DNA of 64,000 nucleotides from Candidatus Latescibacterota bacterium (GTDB lineage Bacteria; Latescibacterota; Latescibacteria; Latescibacterales; Latescibacteraceae): NCBI GenBank assembly GCA_016927495.1, contig JAFGMP010000040.1, positions 3,585 to 67,584 of the forward strand, read 5' to 3'. Shown piece by piece: positions 58,005 to 64,000 of this stretch (position 1 is its first letter; each line of letters starts with the position of its first letter). The notes under the pieces were generated by a model. It saw only the letters and a program-made list of their open reading frames with translations, ran no database searches and was not told where the DNA came from. The position numbers and the translations under genes were made by a program.

Positions 58005-59354
58005 ATGAATAAAAAAAAGATATTATCAATTGTCATATACTGGTTGTGTTTTTTAATTCTTTTTTTCCAGATAGCTTTGTCAGCAGAGCCATCACTTGAT
58101 TTCGAAAATTACTGGCCGCAGTGGCGTGGGCCTCTGGTTACAGGTGAAGCACCTCACGGCAATCCACCGATACAGTGGGACGAAAATACCAACATACGCT
58201 GGAAGACTCCCGTAAACGGACTTAGTCATGCAACACCGGTTGTGTGGGGAAATCGAATATTTATCTTAACGACAGTACCGGCAGATAAAAAAAAGACAGG
58301 TCAAACTGATCGGATCAAGGGTATATTTGATACTTACAGAATAAATAATGCTTTAAGTTTCGATATTCTGGCATTAAATCGTACGGATGGCAGCTTGCTC
58401 TGGCGACGAACAGCCCGGATCGAGGTTCCTCATGAGGGGATCCATGAAGACGGTAGTTGGGCATCCTGTTCACCGGTGACTGACGGGGAATATGTTATTG
58501 CACCCTATGGATCCTATGGATTCTATTGTTATGACATGGACGGGAACCTGCAGTGGGAGAAAGATTTTGGCGAAATGCATATCCGGTATCAGTATGGAGA
58601 GAGCAGTTCCCCTGCGCTGCATAAAGGCAAATTGGTTATCCCATGGGACCATGAGGGTGATTCTTTTATCGCGACGCTTGATGTGCGTACAGGAAAAGAA
58701 ATATGGCGTGTTAACCGTAACGATGGCACCTCATGGTCAACACCCCTCGTTGTTGAACATGAGGGCAAAACGCAGTTAGTTACTACTGCTATTAGAAGAG
58801 TGCGAAGTTATGACCTGAACTCAGGAATGATGCTGTGGGAAACACGGGACATGACTGCCGGACCGATACCATCTCCAGCAGCTGCGAATGGTATAGTCTA
58901 TGTTATGGGAGGATACCGTGAAAGTATTCTGCAAGCTATATCTCTGTCCAAAGCCCATGGTAATGCAGCCGCATCAAATTCTATCGCATGGGAGCTTGAC
59001 CATGATACATCCTATGTCTCATCACCACTGGTATATGACGGTATCCTGTACTTTATAAAAGACTACAAAAACTTTTTATCCTGTTATAATGCCCGGACGG
59101 GTGAACCATATTACATCCGGCAGCGTCTTAATGGTATCTCTGACATCTACTCCTCCCCGGCAGCGGCACAGGGAAGAGTGTATATTGCCGGGCGAAACGG
59201 TATGACTCTGGTTATCAAACATGGCGTTAAATTCGAAGTTCTCGCACAGAATAAACTTAATGATAGTTTCGACGCATCACCGGTTATTGTCGGAACGGAA
59301 TTGTATCTTCGCGGCCACAATAATCTGTATTGCATCTCACAAGAAAAAAAATAA
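58005..59354 (+). CDS. Secreted PQQ/BamB-like beta-propeller protein (tandem paralog 7)
   Basis: MNKKKILSIVIYWLCFLILFFQIALSAEP is a signal peptide. NYWPQWRGPLVTGEAPHGNPPIQWDENTNIRWKTPVNGLSHATPVVWGNRIFILT follows. It aligns with paralog 6 along its full length. Confidence 0.75.
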   Translation: MNKKKILSIVIYWLCFLILFFQIALSAEPSLDFENYWPQWRGPLVTGEAPHGNPPIQWDENTNIRWKTPVNGLSHATPVVWGNRIFILTTVPADKKKTGQTDRIKGIFDTYRINNALSFDILALNRTDGSLLWRRTARIEVPHEGIHEDGSWASCSPVTDGEYVIAPYGSYGFYCYDMDGNLQWEKDFGEMHIRYQYGESSSPALHKGKLVIPWDHEGDSFIATLDVRTGKEIWRVNRNDGTSWSTPLVVEHEGKTQLVTTAIRRVRSYDLNSGMMLWETRDMTAGPIPSPAAANGIVYVMGGYRESILQAISLSKAHGNAAASNSIAWELDHDTSYVSSPLVYDGILYFIKDYKNFLSCYNARTGEPYYIRQRLNGISDIYSSPAAAQGRVYIAGRNGMTLVIKHGVKFEVLAQNKLNDSFDASPVIVGTELYLRGHNNLYCISQEKK

Positions 59355-59365
59355 AAGGAGCCATC

Positions 59366-60667
59366 ATGCGATGTACATTGTTCTTAACGATATCTTTTTG
59401 TTTAATTCTATCATCTTTATGGGTAGTAGAAACGAATGCGGATGAAACACAGAACTGGCCGCAGTGGCGAGGCCCGACAGCAACCGGTTCAGCGCCGGAT
59501 GGTAATCCACTTGTCACATGGAGCGAACAACAAAATATTCGCTGGAAAATACGGCTACCGGGTACCGGTTATTCAACACCGGCAATATGGGGAAACGACA
59601 TTTTCGTTACCGCAGCAATACCGCCGGAGAATTTTACTCCTCCAAAAAGAGGTGAAAATCCAAAACAACCAATAAAATACATTTTAATGGCCATTGACAG
59701 AGCAAGTGGCAAAATACATTGGGAGAAAATCTCACGTGAAGAAATTCCTCACGAGGGACAACACGACACAAGCACCTGGGCTACCAGTTCTCCGATTACC
59801 GATGGCAAGTATGTCTATGCTTATTTCGGATCACGAGGCCTTTATTGTTACTCCATTAACGGAGATTTGGTATGGGAGAAAGATTTCGGCGATATGACTA
59901 TCAGGAGGGCATTCGGCGAGGGTAGTTCTCCGGCATTGTACAAAAACAGACTGATTGTCAACTGGGATCATGAAGGCCAATCCTTTATTCTTGCTCTCGA
60001 TTCGGCGACCGGCGAGGAAATCTGGAGAAAAAACCGTGATGAAGTAACTACCTGGATGACGCCGCTTGTTGTAGAGGAATCAGGGAAGGCTCAGGTAATC
60101 GCCACCGCAACAAACCGGGTGCGAAGCTACGATCTGAACACCGGAGAAATAATCTGGGAGGGTGAAGGCCTGACAGCCAATGTGATACCATCTCCCGTAG
60201 CGGCAAACGGTGTGGTGTATGTTATCAGCGGGCATCGCGGCAGTGCGCTTCGTGCCATACGGCTATCAGCGGCAAAGGGAAACATCGACGGCACCGATGC
60301 TGTACTATGGTCCTATAATCAGGACACTCCCTATGTCCCTTCTCCCCTGCTCCACAATGGGCTGCTGTACTTCCTTAAGAGCAATCAGGGGATTCTGACC
60401 TGCGTGAATACTGCAACCGGACAACCGTATTATGCCAACCAAAGGCTGGAAAGTATCCGGGATATGTATGCCTCTCCGGTAGGTACTGGTGATCGCGTTT
60501 ATTTTTTAAGCCGTGACGGAGTGGCAATGGTGATCAAGCACGGGCCGGTATACAATGTTCTGGCGACAAACAAGCTGGACGATAATTTTGATGCATCACC
60601 GGTTATTATCGGCGATGAGTTGTATCTGCGTGGGCACCAGTATCTTTATTGTATTGCTAAACAATAG
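59366..60667 (+). CDS. Secreted PQQ/BamB-like beta-propeller protein (tandem paralog 8)
   Basis: RBS AAGGAG. Signal peptide MRCTLFLTISFCLILSSLWVVETNA, then NWPQWRGPTATGSAPDGNPLVTWSEQQNIRWKIRLPGTGYSTPAIWGNDIFVT. Confidence 0.75.
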   Translation: MRCTLFLTISFCLILSSLWVVETNADETQNWPQWRGPTATGSAPDGNPLVTWSEQQNIRWKIRLPGTGYSTPAIWGNDIFVTAAIPPENFTPPKRGENPKQPIKYILMAIDRASGKIHWEKISREEIPHEGQHDTSTWATSSPITDGKYVYAYFGSRGLYCYSINGDLVWEKDFGDMTIRRAFGEGSSPALYKNRLIVNWDHEGQSFILALDSATGEEIWRKNRDEVTTWMTPLVVEESGKAQVIATATNRVRSYDLNTGEIIWEGEGLTANVIPSPVAANGVVYVISGHRGSALRAIRLSAAKGNIDGTDAVLWSYNQDTPYVPSPLLHNGLLYFLKSNQGILTCVNTATGQPYYANQRLESIRDMYASPVGTGDRVYFLSRDGVAMVIKHGPVYNVLATNKLDDNFDASPVIIGDELYLRGHQYLYCIAKQ

Positions 60668-60677
60668 AAAAACTTTT

Positions 60678-62054
60678 TTATACTTTGATATAATCCGTTC
60701 CGTATGGATGTCTCTGAGGTCTCCTTAGCATCGAATTGGCCGAATCGTTATTTATGAAATGTTCCCCTTTTGGGTCCCACTGCAATTTCCCCGGGATTTT
60801 CATGGCAATATGGCTGATGAGACATACACTGCAGGCACGGTGTCCGATTTCAACGGGAGAAATGGGGGCTTTTCCGGATTTTAAACAATCCAGCCAGTTT
60901 CCGTGTTGTTCCTCACTTTTATAGAGATGAATTTCATTCTGTTTGATTTCTGATTTGAGGATAGCCGGATCACTGGCGTCAAGCGCTTGTTTACTCTTTT
61001 CAATATCGACCGGATCGCTTGCCGAAGCAACATAACTTCCTCTGGATACGAATATCCATCCTTCAGTCCCTTCATAACGGATACCGTTGGTATACCCTCC
61101 GCTGGTATACATCGTTATGCCATTCTCATATTCGGCTTTTACCATAAAATCGCCATGAACATTCCAAAGTCCCGATTTAGGGAACTGAGCCACAGCCTGT
61201 ACCGAGATCGGACCTGTATATTCGGTATCCATCCCCCATGCAGCGGAATCGAAATGGTGCTGACCCCATCCTGTAATCATGCCAGCGCCATATTGTTCTA
61301 TCCGAAGCCATCCGGGCCGGCCATAACCCTCCTGGGGGTGGACACCTGTTTCCGTATAGGGCACAACCGGAGTTGATCCCAGCCACATATCGTAATTCAG
61401 GTTTTGGGGAATAGGCATTTCCGGGGCATCAGGTCCCGATGGATCGCCAGGCAGTCCGATTTTCACGGTATGCACTTTACCTATTCTGCCATTTCTGACC
61501 AGTTCGGCTGCAATTCTGAACTGAGGCATGGAGCGCTGCTGCGTCCCCATCTGTAGAATTACTCCCTTACGTTTTACAATATTGCTCAGCAGACGTCCTT
61601 CAGCAATGGTAAGAGAGGTCGGTTTCTGAAGATAGATATGTTTCCCGGCCAATGCGGCTTCAATGGCGGGTTGTGAGTGCCAGTGGTCAGGTGTGCTGAT
61701 AATGACAGCGTCGATGTCGTTATCGAGCAGCATCTCTTTGTAATCGTCATACATTTTCACATCCACATATTTTTTACTTCCTTTTGTATCGGCGTAATAC
61801 TTTTCAACAAACTCTTTTCCCTCCAGCATGCGTTTGCTGTCTACATCCGATACGGCAATTACACGGGCGTTATCGAATTGCATGGTGCCGGGCAGGTCGT
61901 GATCTCTGGCGATACGGCCGCAGCCGATCTGGCCGATATTTATTTTATTACCGGGAGCATTTTGTCCGAAAACTGTGGAAGGTACAATTGATGGCGCTGC
62001 AAATGATCCTGCTAATACCGATGCAGTATAATTTAGAAATTTTCGCCGTTTCAT
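60678..62054 (-). CDS. Tat-exported Gfo/Idh/MocA-family NAD-binding oxidoreductase (GH109-like)
   Basis: MKRRKFLNYTASVLAGSFAAP is a Tat signal. INIGQIGCGRIARDHDL is a Rossmann motif, and Gfo/Idh/MocA motifs such as EKP follow. Confidence 0.8.
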   Translation of the reverse strand: MKRRKFLNYTASVLAGSFAAPSIVPSTVFGQNAPGNKINIGQIGCGRIARDHDLPGTMQFDNARVIAVSDVDSKRMLEGKEFVEKYYADTKGSKKYVDVKMYDDYKEMLLDNDIDAVIISTPDHWHSQPAIEAALAGKHIYLQKPTSLTIAEGRLLSNIVKRKGVILQMGTQQRSMPQFRIAAELVRNGRIGKVHTVKIGLPGDPSGPDAPEMPIPQNLNYDMWLGSTPVVPYTETGVHPQEGYGRPGWLRIEQYGAGMITGWGQHHFDSAAWGMDTEYTGPISVQAVAQFPKSGLWNVHGDFMVKAEYENGITMYTSGGYTNGIRYEGTEGWIFVSRGSYVASASDPVDIEKSKQALDASDPAILKSEIKQNEIHLYKSEEQHGNWLDCLKSGKAPISPVEIGHRACSVCLISHIAMKIPGKLQWDPKGEHFINNDSANSMLRRPQRHPYGTDYIKV

Positions 62055-62502
62055 CGATTACTTCCCCCATTATCAACTATATATTTATTTGTTTTGATTA
62101 AGAAAATAGGAGTCTTTTGCTATCGAGTCAAGCACAGAATTCTCTGCAATTTTTAATTGAATATATTTGGAGATGTCGCCGGAATTAACGTTCGGTGTTT
62201 TATCTCCTGCCGTTAATGGCTGCGAGCAAAATTTTGCGTTGCAGAAATATGCAGGATATGGATGTAATATCCTGTCTGACAGTATATATGTGTTATATGG
62301 TACCTAATTTCATCCTCTCGAATACCGTTTTTGCCACTTTGCAAGAAATAAAATGGGAGTTAAATGTCATGCCGATCTTGAAAAAAACCGGAATACTCCC
62401 GATGGCCAGACTTTAGTCTCAGCATGGGTAGACAGAAATGATTTTTGGAAAAAAAACAGATTTATATTGAAAATCCGAAAACTGATATTTTTATGATTCC
62501 AT

Positions 62503-64000
62503 TCATTTCTCTATTACCATAATCCGTACCGGGCCAAGTAAACCGGACGGCAGAAGTTTTTTGTAACCCTCACCGGTAGTAAAGGTATAACGGCCGGTTT
62601 TATATTCCTTTCCAGAGAGAAGTCCCGAAGGCCATTTCACGGTTCTAAAATCAACATCCGGGGCCTGCGAATCTCCTATAAGACGATTCGTCCAGCGATT
62701 GGCAACTTCAATCTCAAGTCGATTATCCTCTGCCTTAACAACACCGGTAATATCAACCCGCCATGGTGCACACCAAATGACACCAAGGTCTTTCCCATTT
62801 AAAGTTACCCGTGCAATATCGTAAACCGTACCGAGGTCGAGATAGATTCTCTTGCCGGAAATCTGAGGAAAGTCAAACACTTTTAAGTATGTGGCAATAC
62901 CGGAATAGTACTTGACACCCCGTTCCTCTATCTGAATCCAATCCTGTAAAATATCAAATGTAACCTTTTTCGGACCGCCCCACTTCGGATCAAAAGAAAT
63001 ATCCCATGAACCTTCCAATGTTGCAGAGATAGTCATTTTAGGGAAATTAATTTTGTTTTCGTTTTTCATTCTCTTTAATGAATCGTTACGGGAAAAAACC
63101 ACAAAGAAACTTTCATAAGGGGCAAATTCCATAGGAATCGTTGTTTGGTCATTTTCAATTGTGTACTGCGGAAGCAATCGTCTTTCTCCGTTCACCGGAT
63201 TCCACAGTTCCGGCTGACCTTTTACTATCCTGAATGTGCAATTGGACTTTATCGAAGAGTCGGACTTGTTGGATACAAAATATATTTCTTGCTCTCCGGT
63301 ACTCCGGTGTGTATACCGAACAGGCCCTGAAGAAATAAAATCCTCACGAACATTCATTTCCTTCAACAAAGCCGCAATTTCCTTATAAGAAGGATAGAAA
63401 GTCGAATTGGGTTTTCCACTTCCAGAGAATTCTCCTCCCCAGTAGAGACAACCTTTGCCATATTCACGTTTCGATATCTCTTTCGGAGTTTCAAAACTTC
63501 CCCACAATTTATTAGCCAGTAATTGAACCTCTTTATCGCACTCAGGATAGTTTGAAAGACTGGGCGATTTCACGGGGGGTGAACCGATTACTAAAGCACC
63601 GGCCTTGATAAGCTCACTGATTTTGGTTACAAGTGCCGGTGTCATGGTTTCACACAACGGCAATACCATCAGGCGATATGAACTTCCACCAGGGAATACA
63701 ATCCGCCCGTTTTGTACCACAGCCCTTGCCATCAGGATACCGGGTGAACAGCCGTCAAATCCATACCCTTTTTTGTCCTCAAGCGGCTTTTGACCATCCA
63801 CTGCGTCAGGTGGAGGACAAAAAACATGTGGTGCACCTTCGGGAGTCAGAAATAAAATATCGGATACCTTTATTCCCTGCCGAAGCATGTGAGAACAACG
63901 TGTTACATACCGATGATAATCCTTTACCATAGGCCACCATGTCTGGCCGCGATCCCAATGAACGCCATATGGTCCCATAGTCATTCCGGGACGATATTCC
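62503..64000 (-). CDS. Glycoside hydrolase with a C-terminal jelly-roll domain (GH106/GH2-like); the N-terminus lies beyond the window end
   Basis: The ORF is open to the window end on the minus strand. The C-terminal RIYLDLGTVYDIARVTLNGKDLGVIWCAPWRVDITGVVKAEDNRLEIEVANRWTNRLIGD is typical of glycoside-hydrolase jelly-roll tails. Confidence 0.5.
   Translation of the reverse strand, partial: EYRPGMTMGPYGVHWDRGQTWWPMVKDYHRYVTRCSHMLRQGIKVSDILFLTPEGAPHVFCPPPDAVDGQKPLEDKKGYGFDGCSPGILMARAVVQNGRIVFPGGSSYRLMVLPLCETMTPALVTKISELIKAGALVIGSPPVKSPSLSNYPECDKEVQLLANKLWGSFETPKEISKREYGKGCLYWGGEFSGSGKPNSTFYPSYKEIAALLKEMNVREDFISSGPVRYTHRSTGEQEIYFVSNKSDSSIKSNCTFRIVKGQPELWNPVNGERRLLPQYTIENDQTTIPMEFAPYESFFVVFSRNDSLKRMKNENKINFPKMTISATLEGSWDISFDPKWGGPKKVTFDILQDWIQIEERGVKYYSGIATYLKVFDFPQISGKRIYLDLGTVYDIARVTLNGKDLGVIWCAPWRVDITGVVKAEDNRLEIEVANRWTNRLIGDSQAPDVDFRTVKWPSGLLSGKEYKTGRYTFTTGEGYKKLLPSGLLGPVRIMVIEK

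Noticed and set aside
62253-62275. A perfect 8-bp inverted repeat (CAGGATAT-N7-ATATCCTG) between the two minus-strand genes
   Set aside because: The stem is short and there is no T-run on the transcribed strand, so it is not a terminator. It could be an operator for the Gfo/Idh/MocA gene, but one 8-bp palindrome in AT-rich DNA is weak evidence.
62140-62420. A sigma-54-like TTTTGCCACTTTGCAAG near 62320
   Set aside because: The TGGCAC-N5-TTGC spacing is not satisfied and no + strand gene follows.

Overview
This is a low-GC (about 40-42% by eye) bacterial chromosomal segment that codes almost entirely on the + strand. Positions 1-34322 form one co-directional block. It starts with a type VI secretion system core set: tssM (5'-truncated by the window edge), tssA, tssB, tssC, hcp, tssE, tssF, tssG, clpV and vgrG. 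A VgrG-linked effector-loading module follows: DUF2169, two pentapeptide-repeat proteins, a DUF3540-like protein, a stand-alone DUF4150 PAAR-like protein and an orphan 258-aa protein. Next comes an RsbW-like kinase with a STAS antagonist (a partner-switch pair). The block ends with a complete Che-like chemosensory pathway: a Cache-type MCP, CheW, a CheR-TPR, a Cys-rich CheW-like protein, a CheA-REC hybrid with two Hpt domains, CheB, and a REC-PP2C output. The PP2C output matches the partner-switch pair, which suggests chemosensory control of a switch placed directly behind the T6SS. A spondin_N lipoprotein gene then converges from the minus strand, followed by a roughly 500-bp AT-rich divergent region. 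Positions 36-60.7 kb hold eight PQQ/BamB-like beta-propeller paralogs with the N-terminal WPQWRGP motif, three of them in tandem. Interleaved with them are an NHL propeller, a small secreted protein, a NapG-like Tat ferredoxin, a NapH-like membrane polyferredoxin, a NuoE-NuoF-ferredoxin fusion, a 2Fe-2S/GltD-like flavoprotein, a GT4 glycosyltransferase and a LolD/FtsX-type ABC transporter. The window ends with a Tat-exported Gfo/Idh/MocA oxidoreductase and a partial glycoside hydrolase on the minus strand. I found no rRNA, tRNA, CRISPR array or obvious IS/transposase. All family calls rest on motifs read from the translations, not on database searches.
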